DNA of 64,000 bases from positions 1,024,001-1,088,000 of the forward strand of contig CP000069.1 of assembly GCA_000002445.1 (NCBI GenBank). The letters are read 5' to 3'. Numbering within the stretch: the stretch's first letter is position 1; the number at the start of each line of letters is the position of its first letter. The notes under the pieces were generated by a model, which did not search any database, was not told where the DNA came from, and was given only the letters and a program-made list of their open reading frames with translations. Of this stretch, positions 53,970-63,818 are shown piece after piece. The DNA comes from Trypanosoma brucei (lineage: Eukaryota). Position numbers and translations under genes: made by a program.

Positions 53970-56057
53970 GCCGTAACTTGCGGTAAAAGGTCCTTCTGGT
54001 TGTGGTAGTTGGCACCAAAACAGCAGTAATGTAAGAAAGATACTAATAAATAATTGAACTTACACATAGGACAAGAGATGTAAAACGGAAAAGAATGAAA
54101 GATGAAGAACAATGTGCGGAATGTTCCTTGTATCATCATTTCATCGCTCATACTCGGTAAATATGTCAGATATACAGCACAACTACAATAGAACAAGAAT
54201 TCAAAAAAGCAACAACTAACCCCACAAACCGACGTACTCTCTGTCAAGGGAACACTCTTTCGATATACTACAGTTGCTACATAATGAACAAATACAAAAT
54301 AGAGGGAGGGAATTAGGTAGTATAGAATCAAATATTCACCGAAAGATGGTTCGTATCTCTCTTTTAAGTGAAATCAAATAGCTGCACGTGCAAGACATGG
54401 AGGAAAAGGCATACGGCACTCACGTGGACAGGCCTGCGATTGTGCAGTACGCTTGTGACACACTAAACGAACACAAAAAAAAACGTGCATACACACAGGG
54501 CAGAATGACTATTGATATCTGAACCATCTAAACGCTAATTGATCGACTTTTTTGTTTTCACGCATTCACTCACGGTTGAAACATACAGATAGTTCAATAC
54601 GACGAAGCAATTTTTTAAAAAAACATTATAAGTAACACCAAGATTAGCGCTGCATGATACAACTGCTATTATTATTATTATTATTTATTACACTCAACCT
54701 CGAGTAACAGCTGGGGGAACAAATCCCTTGTTGGTGTTGAGTGTCTACAGGACGGAGTTTTTAACATTTGTTCAGTGTCCCTTACACGCAGTATAATACA
54801 ATGAACAGGACTTTGATTCCCTTCCACTCTTTCCGTTAATGTGCCCACTCATCGCGCGAAGAAAAAAGGGTGAGGAAAAAGGAAGGAGGCACCTCGAAAA
54901 ACGGATGGAAAAGGGTCGAAAAACATGTAAAATATCGCGAAAATGATGTTTGGAAGAAACATGTGAATCGCAGGAACAAACGCAAGAAAAAGAACCACAA
55001 GTACAAGTACCCCACAATAAGAGGGAAAGGTTTGTGAAAGGCAACGAAGCAAAAAAAAAAATTGCATATGGATATAAAAATACGTTCACAATTCACCTCC
55101 AACTAACGGTAAAGAAAACAAAAAAAAAGTCCTCACGAGCACCCCAACGTAAAGGATTGATTAACACTCGATTTTTTTTTTTAAAAAAAGCGCATAAATG
55201 AACGAAAAGGAAACACCTCTTTACCTCTTCATCTCGATATATCCATTGTTTTCGTACTTTACAAGTCTGACAGCGTGCTATCACCATTCCTTTGAGTGTC
55301 GAGCCGCCCTGACCTTAGCGGTAAAAAATTACAAACAACGCATCAACGCATTTATGTGTAGTGAGGAAAGAAAACCTTGACCCAAACATGAGGTTAACGA
55401 AAAGTAGTAGAACCCAGATAACAACTGTCCCACAGGTCCCACAAACGGGAAAGAAAAAGATATTTACGGTCTGGGCGGGTGCAGTGAGGGATCCATCTAA
55501 AGATGTACAAACTTTTTACAAATAATTACCATGAATCCCAGGTGCGCCATATCCCCTCATTGACAAAACGGAGGAGCCAGAAAAATTACCGCCGCTTCCG
55601 CCCGAGTCCGTTTTAGAGACATGAGTTGACGAAACGGAAGTTGCCTTCGTAGTGGTTGAGGATTCTTTCGGCTTCTCCGACTCGAAGTAACTATTCACTC
55701 TTACTGACGATTTAATCGAGGTTTCCCCAGGTGCAACTGACACAAGCGTACATCCGCTCCCCGACGGCGCAGTGGTGGGCTGATCGTTGGGAAAAGTACG
55801 AGAATAATCGCGAGACTGTACGGCACCGCATACATCGAATTGAGTGTGAGAGGCGCTCGGTGGCAGAATAGCGCTATCGTGAGAGAATGCGGCGCTGTGG
55901 CAAGATCTGCTGCCAAATCCCATAAACGTTCCCTCATTGAGCACTATGGCTTGATGTCCAGGACGGACGTTTACATCAACCCTTTCGGAGATTCCAACTG
56001 CCCCTGAGAAATAAAGAGGTCGTAAATTTGGTCCTTGCGTGGGTTCAAGGCTATTGT

Positions 56058-57287
56058 CTAGTGAATCACCTTGTCGATACAGCGCACTTGTGTCCTTGTT
56101 CCCAAGAGCATCACTGAGGTGTCGAAAGCAGATGATGCATCATCGTTTCCACTTAGTGTCAGTTGCTCTACTTTCAGGCTACCAGTATCACAACTTCTCT
56201 GCCGTAAAGAGCTATGGTACGGATCCGGTGTAGTGCTGCCACTCGCATTATTCCAAAGTACCTCGACACTGGGAAGACTATACACTTCTGCTGGCGATGC
56301 AAATGATACACAATTAAGTACCTTCGGCTCAGCAGTCGAGGTGTTTACAACATCACAGTGTCGATGGAAGTTGCAGCTACCTACGTTTCGTTGCCTAATC
56401 GAAGCCTCCAACTGCGCCACGCGCAACTGTGTCGCATGTAGCTCCTCCTGAAACTTTTTAATTATCATTTCTTGCTCCACCTGCTTTCTTTGCAGGGAAA
56501 TGTTGATATCGTCAGGGGGAGGTGAACATGGCTGACTTGCCACAGGTAACGCTGCATTACCAGTGGAAGCTAACATGGCATTGTCATTCTTGTTTTGTTT
56601 ATTGCAACGTTGCTCGTTTGTCACGAACTCACGCAAAAACGCCAAATCGTGCTTAATTTGTGACACCTCCGCCATCAGTGGGTCATTTGACGCCTCAATT
56701 GCAGCTGATGATTCTGGTGGTGATGCGGTGGCTTCTTCTGTTAATGGATAGTGTTGGACCCTACGGTGACGTTTTATCATGTGAGAATTTAAGGATGAGT
56801 TAGAGGGATAGCTGTTGCCACAATATAAACAAGTGTGTAGCTGCTCCGTTATTCGAGAATGACCCCTCCAGCGTTCGTGCGCGACCTTACGATTAGTTGG
56901 GGAAGCGTCTTGTCGTTTCACGCCGCTCATGGAAACAATCTCTCGCAGTTCCGCCAGTTCTGCAAACACCCGATCACTTTCCTCACGCATGTCACGAAGT
57001 TTTTCTTCAGCTCTTTTTGCCTCAGTTTCCAGCATTTGCTGGCGGTACGAAAGGTACTGAATGGTGCACTGCATCGTACGACTAACTCGCCTCACCAAGT
57101 GATATGCCCTTTTTGAGAAAAACCATTCCAGAGGGAGGTCAAGTTCCTGCCAGCCGATTTGTCGTATCATTGATTCTTTCATTGACGTCTGAGTTCCTTC
57201 CTCAGAGCTGTAAAGCGCAGGCCCATCCACAACGGAAAGAAATGCAATATCACATGGTGGCTGGTGCAACTTAAATTCAAAACCCAT
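56058..57287 (-). CDS. C2H2 zinc-finger / coiled-coil protein
   Basis: The ORF-track start at 57434 is TTG. The upstream 49 codons translate the telomere-like and low-complexity leader. The first ATG is at 57285-57287 (MGFEFKLHQPP...). A coiled coil is RQQMLETEAKRAEEKLRDMREESDRVFAELAELREIV. One classical C2H2 finger is CLYCGNSYPSNSSLNSHMIKRH. A second coiled coil follows. Confidence 0.6.
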   Translation of the reverse strand: MGFEFKLHQPPCDIAFLSVVDGPALYSSEEGTQTSMKESMIRQIGWQELDLPLEWFFSKRAYHLVRRVSRTMQCTIQYLSYRQQMLETEAKRAEEKLRDMREESDRVFAELAELREIVSMSGVKRQDASPTNRKVAHERWRGHSRITEQLHTCLYCGNSYPSNSSLNSHMIKRHRRVQHYPLTEEATASPPESSAAIEASNDPLMAEVSQIKHDLAFLREFVTNEQRCNKQNKNDNAMLASTGNAALPVASQPCSPPPDDINISLQRKQVEQEMIIKKFQEELHATQLRVAQLEASIRQRNVGSCNFHRHCDVVNTSTAEPKVLNCVSFASPAEVYSLPSVEVLWNNASGSTTPDPYHSSLRQRSCDTGSLKVEQLTLSGNDDASSAFDTSVMLLGTRTQVRCIDKVIH

Positions 57288-57295
57288 CGCCGCGA

Positions 57296-57325
57296 GTCTA
57301 AACCCAACCCTAACCCTAACCCCCC
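57296..57325. repeat. interstitial telomere-like hexamer repeats, (CCCTAA)~3 degenerate (taaacccaaccctaaccctaaccccc)
   Basis: Direct reading of the sequence. It is the complement of the TTAGGG repeat unit and lies in the 5' leader of the C2H2 zinc-finger gene. Confidence 0.85.
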
Positions 57326-57857
57326 TCATCAGTTCATTAACAATGCAAATAAAGGGTAAATAAAAAGACACACATACACATAGACTTGAGAATAACTCAC
57401 ACGTGTAGAATACGAAGTAACAAGCAAAAAACAATTAACGGAGCGACCAATACAATTCGTCGGCGTGAGGGGGGGAAGTCATGGCAATTACCAACTTATG
57501 TAGACCTCATGGGCAAAAAGTGTTTCGACCAATATATATGTATACTCTGTACTCTCAACGATAAAAGAGAATACGCATACGAATGCGCCCTCGTTCTGAC
57601 AAACTCAACGATATCACCAAATTATAGTCGCACAAGGGTGTTGTTCTGTCTCCACCAGTAAAAACGGAAGGTGACATTATTCCTCAGGCAGCACTATCTT
57701 ATTCCCATTTCACACTCACAGTGATGAGACCGAGTGAATGGGTGTACGGCTATTTCCTCCGAGGAAGGTAAAATAGTTAGGTATCTTTAAGAAATTATAT
57801 AAAAAACCCTTGGGAAACACCAATAAAAAAAGCGCATCTCGGCATAACCAACTTTTT

Positions 57858-59474
57858 CTAATGTTCGGTGCTGTAGTACTTGTTGAGAAATTCTTTTAAC
57901 ACATCCTTTATTATAGTTCTGTCGCTTACCTTCTGCTGTGATCCGTAAATAGTTGATTTAGCGTTGACAGCACCGTGGCGTCGGCCATTCTTCGTTGCAT
58001 CCTCATATTCCGCAAACATTCTGCCACCAATCTCCGTAACGTCCTCTATAAAGCGATCAGCAACTTCCCCAACCGTCTGCAGTAGCGTGACAGAAAATTG
58101 GAGACCAGATGGAAATTGCAAGCAGTTCAGAACCCAACCTCGGCTACGCAACTCTTCGTTTAAAACGAAAATGTCAATTATGTTACTTCCAAAGGCAAAA
58201 ACACAAGCGGTTGGTTTCCCAATAATGTGTATGTAAGGCAGTTTGGATAACGCATCCGTGATCCTAATCCTCGTTTGTACAATCTTCCGGCAGCAGTCCA
58301 CATAACCCTCCTCTCCGAGTCGTACCATTGATGCCCAGGCGCCAGCAATGACGCTTCCATTCTTTGAACCACAAACTGCTGGGGAACAGTACATGCCACC
58401 AGGCCAGTCCGCTACGCAACAGAACTGGTGGGACCGCAACTCCTGTGTTCTGTAGAGAACAGTCGATGTACCTTTGGGAGCAAAACCATACTTGTGTGTA
58501 TCACAACTGATGGAAGTAACCCCGGGGAGGCGGAAGTCCACAACCGGTGCCGGTAACCCCGCCTTCGCCATGAATGGCACAATGAAACCACCCAAACAAC
58601 AGTCAACATGAAGACCAACGTTGTGCCGGCATGCAATCTCTGACAACTCCTCTATGGGATCAATGACACCGTGAGGAAATGTTGGTGCCGATCCTACAAT
58701 AGCGACTGTGTCATATCTGATGTACTTCTCCATTTCTTTCGCGTCAACCTGCTTCGTGATCGGATCGACAGGTATCTTTACAAGATTAATGCCAAAATAT
58801 TCCGCACCCTTATCAAATGCTGGGTGTGCTGTGATGCCGACAATAACAGAAGGTCGCTCGATCCCCCGGCGAGCCCGTCCCCAATCACGATATGCCTTTA
58901 GAGCCATAACAATACTTTCCGTACCCCCCGATGTAACGGTACCACATGCGTCGGGAAGTAGGTGGCCGTTGAACATGTGAACGACCATCGACACCACCTC
59001 AGCCTCCATTTTACGCACAGCCCCAAAAACATCAGAATGCAGCGGGTTGCTCCACGCAAACATCTTAACAACACGGTTCAACAATTTAGTATGGGAATGC
59101 TCTCCATGATACACTGCGCCGCTTAGAGTGCCATCCTCAAAGGTTTTATCGAGATTTTGGTGAAACTCACTAACCAGGTTGATCACCTCCTCATCTGAAA
59201 AACCCTCCTTCGGTAGCCGTTTGGCTTTAAATTCTCCAGGTTTTGACGGCATCTTTATGCCTTCGGCACTTTTCTTTACTTCCTTCTTTATAATGGGCTC
59301 TACAAAGAACCTCACAACGCGCCACTTTGCGGCATGTAACCGCTTAATGATGCTGCCGTCACGTGCCACATAAATTAGGACTTTGGTTGCAAAGATAGCG
59401 CCGACGGTGAGACACACGATGTGTGACGGTCTTTTCCCCTGAAGACTCCTGTCCAAAAAGCATGACAGCGACAT
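57858..59474 (-). CDS. SPL: sphingosine-1-phosphate lyase (PLP-dependent, group II decarboxylase fold)
   Basis: 538-aa ORF; ATG at 59472-59474 checked. The N-terminal TM anchor is IVCLTVGAIFATKVLIYV. The glycine-rich motif GTVTSGGTESIVMALKAYRDW is present. The PLP-lysine motif SISCDTHKYGFAPKG is present. Overall length and order match the S1P lyase family. Confidence 0.9.
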   Translation of the reverse strand: MSLSCFLDRSLQGKRPSHIVCLTVGAIFATKVLIYVARDGSIIKRLHAAKWRVVRFFVEPIIKKEVKKSAEGIKMPSKPGEFKAKRLPKEGFSDEEVINLVSEFHQNLDKTFEDGTLSGAVYHGEHSHTKLLNRVVKMFAWSNPLHSDVFGAVRKMEAEVVSMVVHMFNGHLLPDACGTVTSGGTESIVMALKAYRDWGRARRGIERPSVIVGITAHPAFDKGAEYFGINLVKIPVDPITKQVDAKEMEKYIRYDTVAIVGSAPTFPHGVIDPIEELSEIACRHNVGLHVDCCLGGFIVPFMAKAGLPAPVVDFRLPGVTSISCDTHKYGFAPKGTSTVLYRTQELRSHQFCCVADWPGGMYCSPAVCGSKNGSVIAGAWASMVRLGEEGYVDCCRKIVQTRIRITDALSKLPYIHIIGKPTACVFAFGSNIIDIFVLNEELRSRGWVLNCLQFPSGLQFSVTLLQTVGEVADRFIEDVTEIGGRMFAEYEDATKNGRRHGAVNAKSTIYGSQQKVSDRTIIKDVLKEFLNKYYSTEH

Positions 59475-60316
59475 TTTTGTAAATGATGCTAAACTTTATG
59501 TGAATTATTCTTCACACGAGAAAGCGAAAAAAGTATTAAAAAGGCGTGAAAACAACAACTGAATGACAGCACAAAGAATGGGGAGAACTAATTTTTTTGC
59601 TAGCAGAACTAATCACATCCTTCGTGTTTCTACTCGTTAATCCCGCACCTCTCTTATTCATTTTCCCCTCTTCTCCTCCCCCCTTCCGCTTTTTTTATCG
59701 AGTCCACTCTATCTTCGTCTCAAAACAATGCAGCACATGAAATAACTCTATTTTTTAGACACGCACAACAAAAAGAAAAAAAATTGAAACAGAAACGGAA
59801 AAGAAAGCGAAAAGTGAAGAAAAAAAAAGGAAAGAGGAACGAAGCGCCGCCTCTTCGCCTCTCAGCGTCTTCTCTCTCCTTTTTTTTTACGCTGTGAATT
59901 AACCGGAAGATTCCCCGACGTTTTTTCCACGCGTAAGAGCAAAGTTAAACACCAAGAGAAAAACTGACGGTACCTCATTGTCATTGTCATGGGGCACTAA
60001 TAAGGCGGTAAATAATCATTTTTTTTTTAAAAAATGAAGTCAGCAGTATTTATTATGAAAGAGTGGGTCTTTATTTTTTTAAAATCCCATAAGCGGTGAA
60101 ATTACAACCCAGAATTAGAGGTTAAAGAGGAATTGAACAAAAAGAAAAAAAAGTTGCTTCGGGCTACACAAGCGGCCAAACGCGTTCCTCAAGGCGCCAA
60201 GAAGGGGGTGTAGGAAAATGTCGAAAGAAAAAAAAAAAGAAATGACTGCACAAAAAAAAACATGTACAGTGAGCCAAGTAGAGGCATTCAAACAGCAAAA
60301 CGAAGCACAAACGTAC

Positions 60317-60352
60317 GCACACACACACATTATATATATATATATGTGTGTG
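60317..60352. repeat. compound (CA)6(TA)7(TG)4 microsatellite
   Basis: Direct reading. Confidence 0.9.
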
Positions 60353-60720
60353 CATGTATGAATATGTGCTACGTGAAAGATTTTTATCTAGTTAAAAACA
60401 ACGGAAAAGAAATCCGACGCAGAGAAGGTGAAAATAATAAACAAAAAAATTAAAAGCAAGAAAGTAAAGTTGTATGACACGCACATACGAATATAAAGAG
60501 ACAAACCTACACAACATGGAAGAAACACTCACGAGTACCTGCCATCGTTTCGCATCACCCATTATTCCACGATCCTGTTCCTGCGTTTCGGCAACATTAT
60601 TCCCAGTAACAAAAAAAAATCTAACTAACACAACCCCTTCGCATAAACAAGTTTACAGTTTTTTTTCTTGTTTTAATTTATGTGGAAGAACGTTACAAAG
60701 CACTTTATTTAAATAACTAC

Positions 60721-62406
60721 TCAGCACGACACAATCAAGGATTCCTTGGGGTAGAGGATGAAACAGGGAGATATTCGCGGATGAAGGCTAGTAACCAGAT
60801 TTCCGTAGTACTTTCCATTTACATTAATGCCGAGTGAACCTTCATCTACGCTATATGTGAAGGTCAAAACGTCACCGATACAACACACAGGTAATTCCTT
60901 GAAGGATTGACCAATTCTACCAATGCCTCCATCAACAACACCGAGTTTTGTGGGTTTCCAGTAGAACCCTCCTGGAACAAGGGAAGTGTCTGTCCTTTCA
61001 ACCACACCGACAAATGATTTGTCAAACCCCTTTCCGAGCTGGACACGCCACGTCACACGCCCACGCTCCTCAGGAAACAAGCGCGCAATTTCCTCCACAG
61101 TTTGTTCAGTACGGATACCAATTTGCTTTAAACTATCGGCTTCATTGGGCTGAGCAGTTACATGAACGACACTGTTCAACACCTTCAAGTCAATGCCTTC
61201 ACGCTCCGTTAATGTGAAGCGTCTACCTGTTCGCAGTGGTATCATGCTACCGTCTTGTGCGCAAACATTCAACACTTTTCCCGATTGTGGTCGGGAATCG
61301 TCATCCACTTGTGAATGTGGAATACATCTCCTGAGGTTTGTGTCCCTTCTAATGCCGTTTTTGGAATGTTCTTCCGACCTCAAATCTAGAAATAATTTAA
61401 ATTGAGGTAAACCAAAATCACCAACCTCAAAAAACTTAAAACCAAGCCCTTCTACATCCGGAGTTTCTTCACTGAGGTGGTACGAAAGATATGATCGATT
61501 CTCTAATATCTTATAATCTGAACAACCGCGTTTCATGTGTTGCAGTAGAACAACCGACTCATTAATAGCATTTGCTTTTGCCAACACCCTTCCCCTACAT
61601 TGATTTAAGGAGGCATGGCCGGTATCGCACAACGACCCGAGGGCTTCAAGAAGCTCCTTTTCACGTTGTGACACCATCATCTGTAGTTGGCTAAAGCGTT
61701 CTTTTATTGATTTCTTAACCTCCTCTAAGGAGTCAAAGTATCTTGTCGTCACGACATTTAACTGATTCACCTTCTTTTCTAATCTCTCCTTCTTGTCTGT
61801 CATGAGGGTAATCTCACCGGGAGCTCTATTCCTAAATATGGCAGCCGCCTCTGGTACGCTAATGCTTTCATGACCGTTATGAGGGCCGGTGAGCAAACAA
61901 TATGCGCAGCAAAGACTTTCACAAACCTTGCAGTAAAACTCTAATCGATACTCTTCATGGCCTTGAACGCCGCAGCATCTATAAAGCTTTCGTGTTTCTT
62001 GAGCGTCATCAAGTGGGAAAAATGTATGGTGGCGCTTCGTGGCGTTTTTGTGCACAGCAGTGTTGCAATCCATGCAATAAGCGCCTGCACATTCATCACA
62101 TTGTATCGCAGCAGCAACCTCTTGGCACCATTGGCAAACCGGTTGCTGGGCGAGGCCCTCAACTCTCGCCTTAACGTAAGCCCTAAGTTCATTGTCCACT
62201 AATTTCGGTAATGTTTCATTGTTAATGTGCTCCTGTTTGGTGCTACAAAGAAGGCAAATGAAATCTCTACCTTCCAAGCATTCCAACCTCCCTAGCACAC
62301 AAGATGCGCAAAAGCTGTGTTTGCAGCTGAGCGTGACGGGATCGTGAAGAATTCCAAAACATATCCCGCAGGTAATAGTGACTGGTATCCCCGGAACCTC
62401 CGTCAT
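60721..62406 (-). CDS. TRIM-like protein: RING finger, two B-box-like zinc fingers, coiled coil, C-terminal SPRY (B30.2-like) domain
   Basis: 561-aa ORF; ATG at 62404-62406 checked. RING is CGICFGILHDPVTLSCKHSFCASCV...C..C. B-box1-like is CQWCQEVAAAIQCDECAGAYCMDCNTAVHKNATKRHH. B-box2-like is CCGVQGHEEYRLEFYCKVCESLCCAYCLLTGPHNGH. The coiled coil covers about aa 200-270. SPRY-like beta-sandwich region is WRVQLGKGFDKSFVGVVERTD...GDVLTFTYSVDEGSLGINVNGKYYGNL. Confidence 0.8.
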   Translation of the reverse strand: MTEVPGIPVTITCGICFGILHDPVTLSCKHSFCASCVLGRLECLEGRDFICLLCSTKQEHINNETLPKLVDNELRAYVKARVEGLAQQPVCQWCQEVAAAIQCDECAGAYCMDCNTAVHKNATKRHHTFFPLDDAQETRKLYRCCGVQGHEEYRLEFYCKVCESLCCAYCLLTGPHNGHESISVPEAAAIFRNRAPGEITLMTDKKERLEKKVNQLNVVTTRYFDSLEEVKKSIKERFSQLQMMVSQREKELLEALGSLCDTGHASLNQCRGRVLAKANAINESVVLLQHMKRGCSDYKILENRSYLSYHLSEETPDVEGLGFKFFEVGDFGLPQFKLFLDLRSEEHSKNGIRRDTNLRRCIPHSQVDDDSRPQSGKVLNVCAQDGSMIPLRTGRRFTLTEREGIDLKVLNSVVHVTAQPNEADSLKQIGIRTEQTVEEIARLFPEERGRVTWRVQLGKGFDKSFVGVVERTDTSLVPGGFYWKPTKLGVVDGGIGRIGQSFKELPVCCIGDVLTFTYSVDEGSLGINVNGKYYGNLVTSLHPRISPCFILYPKESLIVSC

Positions 62407-62800
62407 CGTTGAAGAGGTACTGCCGCAATGAGCGGTTCAGGGGTGGAAAGAAAAAAAAAAAAAGAAAGGAACCACAAACGGAACTCGCTTTTACCTCTAA
62501 CGGGAGAATAATCTAGGGGGTTTAATCCAGTCTTTTTTTCCCCTCCTCAGGTGATGAAGAATTGAAGCGAACAACTTTTTAAAAAAGCAGTCAGTAGGGG
62601 AGAAGAATGAAAATAAAAGTGTGGCGAGTACTCAAACAAGCAGCGGACCATTCAACACACAGAGCGAGGGCAACCAGAAAGAGGGAGGGGGAAAGGGGAA
62701 AGGGAAGGTGGATGAGTTTAACGTGCTCAAAAGAAATAGGGGAGAAGAAAACACCCACAATTATGCCGCAAAAAACTTTCTTAACAAACACCACTGTGCT

Positions 62801-62820
62801 CCCCCCCCCCAAAAAAAAAA
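62801..62820. repeat. C10A10 homopolymer junction
   Basis: Direct reading. It is in the 5' flank of the TRIM-like gene. A second C-run lies at 62968-62978. Confidence 0.9.
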
Positions 62821-63818
62821 GACTCAAAAATATGGTCAATTTATGAATGACTCATGGTAGCGACAGAAGGTGTAGTGTGAAGAAAGCCAAGTGTCTCACA
62901 CACAATATGCCGAGGGAGACATTTAAACGAAAAAGTGACCGTACAGTAAATATTTTATCTTCTCTTCACCCCCCCCCCGCCATTTGCGTGTTTGCTTTTC
63001 TTTTTCCACGTACAAATTTGTAAGCGGCACATTTTTTTTAAAAAAATGGACAATTAATGTGGCTTGGAGACATGGCCCACACACACCTTTGCATTATTTT
63101 TTTTTGTTTCATTTCTTCCTCCGACTTGTCCATCTTCACACCTCCTATCCGGACTCAATTTCTCTTTATTCATTTTTCTAGGGGCCCTCCCACATTGTCC
63201 TCCACGTAAAAATATAAAGCCAGAGCACAAACAAAAAAATTCAAATGGTGCCACCACAAAATGATTGTTTCCCTTACAACGGCAAAAGCGTCAAAAAAAA
63301 TCAATGAAAAAGTAAAAGGGAAGGAGTAGACTTCACAAGCACTTCATTTCGCTCCCCTCTCGCTCATTCTAACTTCAAACGGTACCTTCATCCTTCTTTC
63401 ACACACACCTTTGCACGTCCCTTCTGTTCCGACCACAATAATACGCTCCGTAAAAACGTATTTAATTCCCCCTCTTTTCTCTATTCATGTCTTTCCGACC
63501 GCATCTAAGCTCAAATGACAATTAATTCACCCATCCTTCCTAACGAAAGAAACAATATTATTAATATCAATAAGAAGAGTCACACACACTCACACAACCA
63601 AAGTGTCCCCATTATCGGTTACGCTTTTGCAATGCAATCGCTCAACCAGAGGAACCAAAAGAGGGAAGGTAGTGGCAGTGACATCAATGTTATATATGAC
63701 ATGGAGATAAACGTAAACATATATGAATATCATATGTGAGTGAGGCATGAGCGTGTCTATTGAAGTCTTCCCCCAGGAAATTATTTGCTTTCAGCGCCTT
63801 ACAGACATCAGCTTCCAA

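Noticed and set aside
55516-55944. Treating the GTG-initiated 142-aa ORF as a confident gene
   Set aside because: The start codon is GTG. The open frame actually extends upstream into the neighbouring gene's 3' end. The composition is unremarkable. I kept it only as a low-confidence finding.
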